A stretch of 64,000 nt of DNA from an uncultured Bacteroidales bacterium (GTDB lineage Bacteria; Bacteroidota; Bacteroidia; Bacteroidales; GCA-2748055): assembly GCA_963710385.1 (NCBI GenBank), contig CAVQAB010000018.1, positions 31,061 through 95,060 on the forward strand. Reading direction: 5' to 3'. The notes under the pieces are model-generated. The model searched no databases. It saw only the letters and a list, made by a program, of their open reading frames with translations, and was not told where the DNA came from. The translations under genes and the position numbers were made by a program. Numbering within the stretch: the first letter of the stretch is position 1; every line of letters starts with the position of its first letter. Below are positions 29,298-38,550 of the stretch, piece by piece.

Positions 29298-30506
29298 TTA
29301 AGTTACTTTATCTTTTTTCCTGTATTTCAGAAAAAGGTAAAGAAAAGCAAGAGTTAGTATAGCTGTCAGAACGATAACATACTTTAGTGTCATTGCTCCT
29401 GCATCAAGCTCATTACCTAATTTTAGCAACTGAAGGTCGTAAATATATCCTACCGCCGGTTGCGCAATTGAACCTCCAAGGAATCCAAAACCACCAATCA
29501 GAGCTAATCCCAGCGCACCACTGGTTGGTATTTTTTCGGCCACTACACCAAGCATATTTGGCCAAAAATAGGCTACACCAATAGCGAAAACAGTTGCTGC
29601 AGCAAACAATATTATCCCCGAAGAGATACTCATAAGATAGAGCCCAATTCCAGAGACAACAGCAGAAAAAAGCAATACTCCAATTCCGGTCAGTCTTTGC
29701 ACTACCGGTCTTGCCACAAGGCGGGCCAGTGCCATAACTGCTGAAATCCAAACCAGGATAAGAATTGAACTGACTCCTTCGGAGAATAACCTATCAAAGG
29801 AATGGCTTAACAACACTGTAATCCATTGCATGGTTCCCTGTTCAGTGGCTGCCGTAAACATCATAAAAAAGGCCATAAAAAGAAACAGCGGAGAAACAGT
29901 AGCTTTAAGCATCTCATTGTAGGAAGCACCTGATGAAACCCGTTCAGTTTTGGGGAATTTACGCCTCAGGAACATAAATCCGTAAGCAAGCGTAGGCAAT
30001 ACCATAGCCAGGGTCTGTATTCTCCATCCCCAACCAATCTTTATAAAAAAGTAAACCAGGAGTCCACCAAATACAATTCCTGCCGGAAACCACATATGAA
30101 ACAGGTTGAGTTTTATCGTTTTGTCCTTTGGATATAACGCAGTTATTAAAGGATTGCAAGCGGCCTCCACGCTGCCATTGGCAATACCGATTAACATGGT
30201 TGAAAAAAACAGGGTCCAAAAACCTGAGGCAAATATTGTCATTGCAAGTCCTATCACATGACCAACATAAGCTATAGTAAGGATCTTGTCAATTCCAATG
30301 ATGTCCACTAATGGACCAAAAACAACCATTGCCAGAGTAAAACCCCAAAATGCTGTACCGACAATCCAACCCACTTGAGTCGCCGTCAGGTTAAACTCTT
30401 CCATCCAGGGGGCAATAAATCCACCACGGGTTGCAAACGTTAGTGCCGTTACAACCAATGCCACATTACTGGCACTAAAAAGTATTTTTCTATTTACAAT
30501 GTCCAT
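29298..30506 (-). CDS. MFS sugar/polyol transporter
   Basis: About 12 TM; GPLVDIIG motif A; GSVEAACNP; FHMWFPAGIV. Confidence 0.88.
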   Translation of the reverse strand: MDIVNRKILFSASNVALVVTALTFATRGGFIAPWMEEFNLTATQVGWIVGTAFWGFTLAMVVFGPLVDIIGIDKILTIAYVGHVIGLAMTIFASGFWTLFFSTMLIGIANGSVEAACNPLITALYPKDKTIKLNLFHMWFPAGIVFGGLLVYFFIKIGWGWRIQTLAMVLPTLAYGFMFLRRKFPKTERVSSGASYNEMLKATVSPLFLFMAFFMMFTAATEQGTMQWITVLLSHSFDRLFSEGVSSILILVWISAVMALARLVARPVVQRLTGIGVLLFSAVVSGIGLYLMSISSGIILFAAATVFAIGVAYFWPNMLGVVAEKIPTSGALGLALIGGFGFLGGSIAQPAVGYIYDLQLLKLGNELDAGAMTLKYVIVLTAILTLAFLYLFLKYRKKDKVT

Positions 30507-30526
30507 AACATGGTTTTTTTATACAA

Positions 30527-32788
30527 TCATTTCCCCCAATCAGTTGGTGTGGCCGACATTTCAAAAACAAGTTCATCACAAGTAATTAGATCATCATGCT
30601 TTATAAAAGGTTTCGTAATTGGTTTTCCGTCCAATGTAAGTGATTGAATATACTTTTTCCCTTCGGCAACTCCTTCTGCCAGAATCGTAATGTTTTTATT
30701 ATAGGGCGCTGGTAACTGTAGGGTAATTTTTGGAAATAAAGGGGAACCAACAACATATTGCCCATCGCCGGGGCAAACCGGATAAAATCCCATGCTGCTG
30801 AATGTAAGCCACGCCGACATTTGTCCACAATCATCATTCCCCGAAAGTCCGTCAACAGCGTTTCTATAGTTCACAGGTGTATGTTCCCAAATTTTTTCCT
30901 GTGCTTTCCAGGGTTTACCGGCATAATTGTACAAATAAATAACGTGATGTCCTGGTTCATTTCGGTGTTGAAAATGCCCTTCATCGAAATTTCGATTCAT
31001 CATCGATATAAATTTTTCATTTCCGCCCATTAGTGAGATCAGGCCTTCGACATCTTGCATAGCACAAAACAAATAAGTCCACTTTCCTCCTTCTGTAATC
31101 CCTTCTTCCACAACCTGGTCTGACTCATCAATTCTTGATTTTATAACTTGTAAGAAACTTCCGTCATGATTTCGGGCTTCCATAAATCCTGTTTCTGTAT
31201 TGAAAACATTTTTATAGTTCTTGCTCCGTTGCATAAAATATTTGTAATCCTCTGTTCTGCCCAGTCCTAAGGCAATTTGCGCTACACAATAATCGTCATA
31301 TGCAAATTCCAGCGTACGCGAAACCGATTCTGCTGTTTTGTCGGCCGGGACAAATCCTTTCTCTTTGTAATAAGTAAGGCCACCACGGGCTTCGTATAAT
31401 TTTGTTTTTTCGCGGTCTGCCCACCTCATTATGCTGTCATTTTCGGGAGGTATCATGGCATTCTTATAAACAGCGGCATAAGCCTTATCCACATCATAAT
31501 CTCTGAAGTTTTTCACAAATGCATCAGCAATAACGGCATCAGCGTGAGTTCCAATCATAATATTTGAAAAAGTAGGATTGGGCCACTTGGGCATCCATCC
31601 ACTTTCATCAAACATATTTAACAATGACTGAATCATTGGATTTACGTGCTCAGGTGCCACCAGGGTGAGCCAGGGATGTTGGGCCCTAAAGGTATCCCAG
31701 AGTGAATAATCGTTATAACTGATACCTTCGTGTACTTCTCCATCATAAGCACTGTAATATTTTCCGTATTCCGAGAAAATTCGAGGATACTGCAAGGTTC
31801 GGTATAAAGCAGTATAAAAAACTGTATTTTGATCTTCAGTTCCGCCTTCCACAATTACCCTGTCCAGATATTTCCTCCATTCGGACTTGTTTGCTTTAAG
31901 TACTTTTTGAAAATCCCATTTCGGAATTTCAATCTCAAGATTTTCACGGGCTTGTTCTACGCTAATAAAAGAAGTGGCAATTTTAAGCTGAATGGATTCA
32001 TTCTTTTTTGTATCAAAATATACCCAGGCGCCCAAATGATCACCCTTCATTTCCAATGTATTTTTGTATACATTTTCTTTTTCCCACACTCCCTGTTTTG
32101 TGAATGGTTTGGAAAACTGAAATACAAAATAGCCTTTGAAATTAGGGACATCAGGTCCCAGCATATAAGAATGTCGATCTGAATTGTATCCAATAATCTC
32201 ATTTGATTCAGGCAAAATCTGAATGAAACCTTCAAACTCCTTTTCATCAGATATTTTCCGGCTTGCTTCAATAAACACATGATTATCCTTTCCAGCCGGA
32301 AACGAAATATTGAAAATGGCACATCGAAGTGAAGAAGCCATTTCAGTTTTAATAGTCTTCCCGGTTTCATTATTTGCTTTAACTGAATAAAACCAAGGGG
32401 AAGCTTCTTCATCAGAATGACTAAATTTCAGTGCCCTTTCGTTGGCTGAAATTTTCACATTGCCTGTTGATGGAAGAAATGAAACATATCCATAATCCCC
32501 CATCCAGATGGCGGGTTGATGTGTTCCAATAAAACCGATGACGCTTGAATCTTTATAATTGTATGGATTCTGACTGATATAGTTTTCTCTGGTCATCGCA
32601 CACCATTGAGTCATTGCAAAGGGTGGAGCAACAGATGGAATTGTTCCTCCATAATCTGATTCGCTGGGCCCGGTTGAACCTATAAATGAATTTATGAATT
32701 CAACTGATTCTTTCTCTGCCACCTTATTGTTATCACAAGAAACCAGGCAGGTAACAATTAATGCAATAAATACAAATGTACTCCTCAT
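30527..32788 (-). CDS. GH92 alpha-mannosidase, lipoprotein
   Basis: Lipobox LVSC; SLWDTFRA, MIGTH, SRTLE, TEG, NEP, GNDDCGQMSAW. Confidence 0.95.
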   Translation of the reverse strand: MRSTFVFIALIVTCLVSCDNNKVAEKESVEFINSFIGSTGPSESDYGGTIPSVAPPFAMTQWCAMTRENYISQNPYNYKDSSVIGFIGTHQPAIWMGDYGYVSFLPSTGNVKISANERALKFSHSDEEASPWFYSVKANNETGKTIKTEMASSLRCAIFNISFPAGKDNHVFIEASRKISDEKEFEGFIQILPESNEIIGYNSDRHSYMLGPDVPNFKGYFVFQFSKPFTKQGVWEKENVYKNTLEMKGDHLGAWVYFDTKKNESIQLKIATSFISVEQARENLEIEIPKWDFQKVLKANKSEWRKYLDRVIVEGGTEDQNTVFYTALYRTLQYPRIFSEYGKYYSAYDGEVHEGISYNDYSLWDTFRAQHPWLTLVAPEHVNPMIQSLLNMFDESGWMPKWPNPTFSNIMIGTHADAVIADAFVKNFRDYDVDKAYAAVYKNAMIPPENDSIMRWADREKTKLYEARGGLTYYKEKGFVPADKTAESVSRTLEFAYDDYCVAQIALGLGRTEDYKYFMQRSKNYKNVFNTETGFMEARNHDGSFLQVIKSRIDESDQVVEEGITEGGKWTYLFCAMQDVEGLISLMGGNEKFISMMNRNFDEGHFQHRNEPGHHVIYLYNYAGKPWKAQEKIWEHTPVNYRNAVDGLSGNDDCGQMSAWLTFSSMGFYPVCPGDGQYVVGSPLFPKITLQLPAPYNKNITILAEGVAEGKKYIQSLTLDGKPITKPFIKHDDLITCDELVFEMSATPTDWGK

Positions 32789-32844
32789 GATAATTATTTA
32801 TGTTGCTTCATACTTTCAATTTAGTGTTAGCTATTCCAGAAAAA

Positions 32845-34320
32845 TTAGAATTTACGTGTCCACTCTTTGGGCCATCTTTCAATGACCACCTTAGTTTGTG
32901 TGAAAAATTCAATGGCATGTCTTCCCTGTCCGTGCAGGTCTCCAAAGAAGCTGTCGTTCCAGCCACTAAAAGGGAACTGTGCCATTGGTGCAGCCACACC
33001 GATATTTATTCCAATATTTCCAGCATTTGCCTGATTTCTGAATGTACGCGCATGTAATCCGCTTGAAGTAAACAGGCAAGCCATATTTCCGAAGTTGCTT
33101 CCATTAATAAACTCTATTGCCTGTTCAATTGTATCCATTGGAAGTAAACTCATAACCGGACCGAAAATCTCGGTTTTTATTACTTCGCCGTCAAGGGCTA
33201 CATTTTCAAGGATAGTTGGTTTAATGAAGTTCCCTGATTCGTATCCGCTTATTGTGGCATCTCTACCATCCAAAAGTAGATTAGCGCCTTCATCAACACC
33301 TTTGCCAATCAGGTATTCAATACGCGATTTGCTTTCGGGAGTAATAACCGGTCCCATTTCAATACCTTCATCCAGGCCAAAGCCGGTGGTTTTATTCTTT
33401 GCTGCTTCAACCAGAGCTTCCCTGATCATGCCTTTTGAGTCGCCGACAGTAATAATATTAGACGCTGCTAAACAACGCTGTCCGGCACAACCGTAAACAC
33501 TGTCGGCAATAATTTTCGCAGTCATGTCAATATCGGCATCGGGCATTACTATTACCGGATTTTTAGCGCCACCCTGAGCCTGCACACGTTTGCCGTTTGC
33601 AGCACCACGCTGATAAATATATTTTGCAACAGGAGTGGATCCAACAAAACTAATTGCTTTAACATCAGAATGATCAAGTAAGGCGTCAACACTCTCTTTT
33701 CCACCATGAACTAAATTCACCAACCCTTTTGGAATATCCAGTTGATCAATCAATTCGAACACCTTCATCATAGTTAAAGGAACTTTCTCTGATGGTTTTA
33801 GTATGAAACTGTTTCCGCAGGCAATGGCATAAGGCAAAAACCAGAATGGAATCATTCCTGGAAAGTTAAATGGTGCGATACAGGCTGAAACTCCAATGGG
33901 CTGACGAATCATAAACTCATCGATACCGCTCGCCACATTTTCCGAAAATTCACTTTGCATTAATGTTGGTGTTGCACAGGCGGTTTCAATATTTTCAATT
34001 CCGCGTTGCATTTCTGCCACCGACTCAGCATAACTTTTACCACATTCCAGGGTAATTAGTTTCGCAATTTCAGCAGTATGATCTTCAATTAATTGCTTTA
34101 GTTTGTATAGCGGCTGAACACGACGCATTGCAGGAGTGTTGCGCCATCCTTTTAAGGCTTCATTTGCTGCTTCAACCGCATCTTTAGCATCTTTAACTGT
34201 ATTTACACCGTAAGGTACTTTTGCAAGCACCTCCTGATTTGCAGGATTGACAACATCAATTGTCTCCTTCTCTTTACTTTCAATCCATTTTCCGTTGATG
34301 TAATTTTTTAATATTTCCAT
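32845..34320 (-). CDS. iolA: CoA-acylating (methyl)malonate-semialdehyde dehydrogenase
   Basis: PFNFPGMIP, KPSE, SFVGST, GGAKN, GCAGQRC, EIFGPV; inositol-cluster context. Confidence 0.93.
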   Translation of the reverse strand: MEILKNYINGKWIESKEKETIDVVNPANQEVLAKVPYGVNTVKDAKDAVEAANEALKGWRNTPAMRRVQPLYKLKQLIEDHTAEIAKLITLECGKSYAESVAEMQRGIENIETACATPTLMQSEFSENVASGIDEFMIRQPIGVSACIAPFNFPGMIPFWFLPYAIACGNSFILKPSEKVPLTMMKVFELIDQLDIPKGLVNLVHGGKESVDALLDHSDVKAISFVGSTPVAKYIYQRGAANGKRVQAQGGAKNPVIVMPDADIDMTAKIIADSVYGCAGQRCLAASNIITVGDSKGMIREALVEAAKNKTTGFGLDEGIEMGPVITPESKSRIEYLIGKGVDEGANLLLDGRDATISGYESGNFIKPTILENVALDGEVIKTEIFGPVMSLLPMDTIEQAIEFINGSNFGNMACLFTSSGLHARTFRNQANAGNIGINIGVAAPMAQFPFSGWNDSFFGDLHGQGRHAIEFFTQTKVVIERWPKEWTRKF

Positions 34321-34377
34321 GTCTCAAATATTTGTTACAGCCAATACATTTAGTACTGTTAGCTTATCAATTTTATA

Positions 34378-36245
34378 TTAGAAATAATAACGTTGATTTT
34401 TTTTCTGCTCAACATAATTTTTCCGTGCTTTTTGTACCGATTCCGATTCAGAAACTTCGGCTATTGGAACATCCCACCAGGCATACCCGTAACCAGCGAT
34501 TTTTCTTTCAGGAACAGTTTGTATATAAATTACCGTGGTCTTTTTTTCATTACTTGCATCTCTAAGTGCCTGATTAAAAGAAGTCACATCGCTGGCCTTC
34601 AAAACCTTAGCACCCAGACTTTCTGCATTTTTAGCCAAATCAACTGGTAAAGGTTCTCCGTCAAGCTGTCCGGTTTCTTCATTGCGGTACAAATATTTTG
34701 TACCAAATCCTTCGCTGCCAATTGATTTAGACAAGCCACCAATACTGGCAAAGCCTCCGTTATCGATTAAAATAATAGTGAGTTTGAATCCTTCCTGCAA
34801 TGAGGTTATAATTTCTGAAGGCATCATCAGGTAACCGCCATCACCTAAAACCACATAAATTTCCCGGTCGGGGCAGGCCATTTTTGCACCGAGCCCACCT
34901 GAAATCTCATATCCCATGCACGAGTAACCATATTCAGAATGGAATCCTTTTGAGTGATGTGTTCGCCATAATTTGTGCAGATCGCCGGGAGCACTTCCCG
35001 ATGCGAAAAGTACCACATCATTTGGATGCATAAATTCGTTCATCGCACCAATAACTTCCGATTGACTAGGAATGTCTTTCTCTTCAGCTTTATAGGCATA
35101 AGCAACCTTTTCATCCCAACTTTTATTATAGTCGGCAACTCTGTTACGATATGCATCATCAACCTTATAATCTTTTAATTCCTCTAATAGTTCCTCTAAA
35201 ATTACTTTTGCATCTCCGGTAAGTGCCAGTCCACTGTGTTTGTGCGCATCAAATTCAGTAATGTTGATGTTTATAAATTTTACATCTTCTATTTTGAAAT
35301 GCCGTTTTTGAAGCTGTTGTAAAATCACTGTAACGTGTTCCAATTCCGATAACAACATCCGCAGCAGTACTGATCGCATTGGCACCTTCTGTTCCGGTGG
35401 CACCGGTGGCACCCAAATTATGCGGATCGTTGTAAGGAAGTGATCCCTTTCCTGCAAATGTTTCACCAACAGGTATTCCAGTCGCGTGAACCAGTTTTGA
35501 GAGTGCGTTTTCAGCTTCGCTGTAGATCACTCCGCCACCGGCAATTATCATTGGTTTTTTGGCAGAACGAATCAACTTAACAGCCCTTTTTAAAGCGTTC
35601 ACATCGGGTCGCGGACGAGGAACATGCCATACCCTTTTTTCAAACATTTCAAGTGGATAATCATAAGCTTCTACCTGCACATCCTGAGGAATACAGAGGG
35701 TAACAGCACCGGTATCGGCAGGTGAGCTTAAAACACGCATCACTTCAGGAAGGGAAGTAATCAGCTGGTCAGGGCGGTTTATCCTGTCCCAGTATTTTGA
35801 AACCGGTTTAAAACAATCGTTTACTGAAATATCCTGTGAACCAGCAGACTCTAGTTGTTGCAAAACCGGAGCTACGGTACGCTGTGCAAAAATATCGCCG
35901 GGCATCAAAAGAACAGGTAAACGGTTAATTGTTGCTCCAGCTGCCGCAGAAATCATATTTGTGGCACCCGGTCCAATGGAAGAAATACAGGCAAAAGTAG
36001 AGAGTCTGTTTTTCATTTTTGCATAAGCTGCAGCAGCATGCACAGCAGCCTGTTCATTACGAACCAGATAGTATCTGAAATCGGGAGTTTGTTGTAATGC
36101 CTGTCCAAATCCGGCAAGGTTACCATGGCCGAATATACCAAAACATCCTGCAAAAAGTGGCTGTTCAATTCCATCTCTTTCAGTGTATTGCTTTTTTAGA
36201 TATATTCATTGTTGCCTGAGCAACAGTTAGTCTTTTGGTGGTCAT
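34378..36245 (-). CDS. iolD: Trihydroxycyclohexane-1,2-dione acylhydrolase IolD (two frameshifts)
   Basis: MTTKRLTVAQA start, GIFGHGN, RNEQ, SIGPGATN, EYGYSCMGYE, GDGGYLM ThDP motif, WWDVP. Confidence 0.93.
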
Positions 36246-36246
36246 T

Positions 36247-37266
36247 TTAAAATCCTCCTTTTGATTCTATTAATTCGAGAATATCTTTTTCATATGGCGT
36301 GAAGTTGGCACACCCAAGTTGAGTTACAACATGTGCTCCACATGCATTTCCCATTCGGCAGCTTTTGTACAGATCCCATCCTTTCAAATAACCATAAATA
36401 AATCCGGCTGCAAAGGCATCGCCTGCTCCCAGAATATTAACAACCTCTACCGGAAATCCGGGAACTTCCTGTACCGTTCCATCAGGCTGATAAACTATTG
36501 CTCCACGCGAACCGGTCTTTACAATTAAAGCATCAACTCCCAAATTCAGAATACCTTTAATTGCTTCATTTAGATCCCCCTTAATTTCGGGCGCAGAGAT
36601 TTGTTGATGAGTTATACTCAATTGAGATTCATCAGTAAGGTAGGCAGCCAGAATCTCTTCCTCCGTTCCCAAAACAATATTTGTGTTTCGCATAAATGCC
36701 CTGCATGTAATCCCGAAAGCTCTGATGTCGTGCCATTGGTCAGCTCTAAAATCGAGGTCAAGCATTACCGGGATGCCGTTTTTACGGGCAATTTCACCTG
36801 CAAGAAATGCCGAACTACGAGTAGGTTCAATATTTAATGCAGTTCCTGAAATTTCCAACAGCCTTGTTTTTTCAATCCCGGTTTTTAAAACATGGTCAAT
36901 TGTAATTTGCGAATCAGCACAATTGTCTCTGTAATAAACCAGGGGAAATCTGTCTGGAGGTTCAATTCCAAGAATAACTGCTGAACTTCTTGCACCATCG
37001 ATAACCGGAATGTTTTCAGTTATTACATTTTCTTTTTCTAAAAAATTTAAAAGAAATTCGCCAACTTTATCTCTGCCAACTCCTGTTAAAAGTGACGCTT
37101 TTAATCCTAACCTGCTGCATCCAACAGCAATATTTAAAGGTGAACCTCCTACAAAGGCATGAAATCCTGGAATTTCTTCAAACGGACTCCCAACTACCTG
37201 GGAATAAAGGTCGATTGATGACCGTCCGTAGGTTATTACATCATACATTTTTTCCTGATTAGCCAT
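36247..37266 (-). CDS. iolC: 5-dehydro-2-deoxygluconokinase
   Basis: GRSSIDLY, GGSPLNIAVG, DLDFR, LGAGDAF PfkB signature. Confidence 0.93.
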   Translation of the reverse strand: MANQEKMYDVITYGRSSIDLYSQVVGSPFEEIPGFHAFVGGSPLNIAVGCSRLGLKASLLTGVGRDKVGEFLLNFLEKENVITENIPVIDGARSSAVILGIEPPDRFPLVYYRDNCADSQITIDHVLKTGIEKTRLLEISGTALNIEPTRSSAFLAGEIARKNGIPVMLDLDFRADQWHDIRAFGITCRAFMRNTNIVLGTEEEILAAYLTDESQLSITHQQISAPEIKGDLNEAIKGILNLGVDALIVKTGSRGAIVYQPDGTVQEVPGFPVEVVNILGAGDAFAAGFIYGYLKGWDLYKSCRMGNACGAHVVTQLGCANFTPYEKDILELIESKGGF

Positions 37267-37277
37267 ATTTGTAATAT

Positions 37278-38159
37278 TTATTCAATATTCATTTCTGCCG
37301 TCACCATTGGGATTCTCGGGTCCAGCCCTTTCCAGGAATCGTAAATCCATTTATGGTCCGGGTCATCGGTATTGGCAAGTGACTGGTCGCTACCTGTTAA
37401 GAAATTCAGGTAGTAAACATTATAACCATGCCCTGCTGCAACCGGATGATAGCCTTCGGGCACCAACACGATATCGTTGTTACGGGCAACTGCAATTTCA
37501 TCTAAACTGCGGTCGTCGTTATAAACCTGTTGTATCGCAAAACCCTGTGGTTTATCAATTTTGTAGAAGTAGGTTTCTTCCAGGCATGCTTCTACTACAT
37601 TCCCGTTTTCGTCAACTTTTCTATGATCGTGTTTATGTGCCGGGAAAGAACTCCAGTTTCCTGAAGGTGTGTAAACCTCTACTGAAACCAAGCGATGACA
37701 ATCGAATCCGGGCTGTAACAAGCTATTTATCTGGCGAGTGGCATTATCACCACCCCTTATTTCAATTGCAGCTTCTTCCGGACGTTTAAAATATGCAGGA
37801 TGATCTTCATCCGTTTCGCACCATCCGTAGGCGATGTCAAGCATCTCGCTTTCTGCGGTTAATTCAAATTCGGTATTTCTGGGAAGGTACAAAGAATGTG
37901 CAATGCCATTAAATACATCTTTCCTTCCGTTTATTGTTTCCCAGTTTCCCTTGTCGGTTTTTACGGAATAATTTCCACCCAATAGTACAATGGCATATTC
38001 ATTTTCTTCAGTGTTTCTTTTCCATTTTTCACCCTTTTTCATTAGTCGGGCCTGGAAATTTAGAAATTGCCATCCGGTATCTCCTTTTAATACACTTTGG
38101 TATATTCTGCTTTTATTATCTGGTTTAACCAAAAGCGGATATTTTACATCTCTAATCAT
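37278..38159 (-). CDS. iolB: 5-deoxy-glucuronate isomerase
   Basis: EVYTPSGNWSSFPAHKHD, LEETYFY, VPEGYHP. Confidence 0.95.
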   Translation of the reverse strand: MIRDVKYPLLVKPDNKSRIYQSVLKGDTGWQFLNFQARLMKKGEKWKRNTEENEYAIVLLGGNYSVKTDKGNWETINGRKDVFNGIAHSLYLPRNTEFELTAESEMLDIAYGWCETDEDHPAYFKRPEEAAIEIRGGDNATRQINSLLQPGFDCHRLVSVEVYTPSGNWSSFPAHKHDHRKVDENGNVVEACLEETYFYKIDKPQGFAIQQVYNDDRSLDEIAVARNNDIVLVPEGYHPVAAGHGYNVYYLNFLTGSDQSLANTDDPDHKWIYDSWKGLDPRIPMVTAEMNIE

Positions 38160-38416
38160 GATTTTTTTATCTAAATCAAATGTACCTCATTATTTAAATC
38201 GAACACAGCTTATCACAAGGTAATATTATGGACAGATTAGCAAAAAATGCTGCAGAATCGATTTCGAAGGAGACTCGTTTAGAAGGATCGAAACAATCAG
38301 AAATGAATAACTTGAATTATCAAATCCACCAGGAAAAATGGTGGCAACTTTGTGAGGAGAAGGTGTACAATTACCTGGAATAATCAGCAACCTTACCTTC
38401 TTATCAGCAGAATAAG

Positions 38417-38489
38417 TGACCTCAGGAGGACTCGAACCCCCACCATGGGAACCGGAATCCCACGTTCTATCCTGTTAAACTATGAGGCC
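38417..38489 (-). tRNA. tRNA-Arg(CCG)
   Basis: Reverse complement: GGCCTCA...TGGGA-TT-CCG-GT-TCCCA...GGTTCGAGTCC...TGAGGTC-A; TAACTTTG promoter element at 38500-38507. Confidence 0.95.
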
Positions 38490-38550
38490 GTAAGGTGGGC
38501 AAAGTTAATAGATTTTTATAATTTCGCGCATTGTATCAGAAGCTGACAGC

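Noticed and set aside
29220-38489. Active integrative element at tRNA-Arg
   Set aside because: No integrase, transposase, relaxase or duplicated att sequence visible
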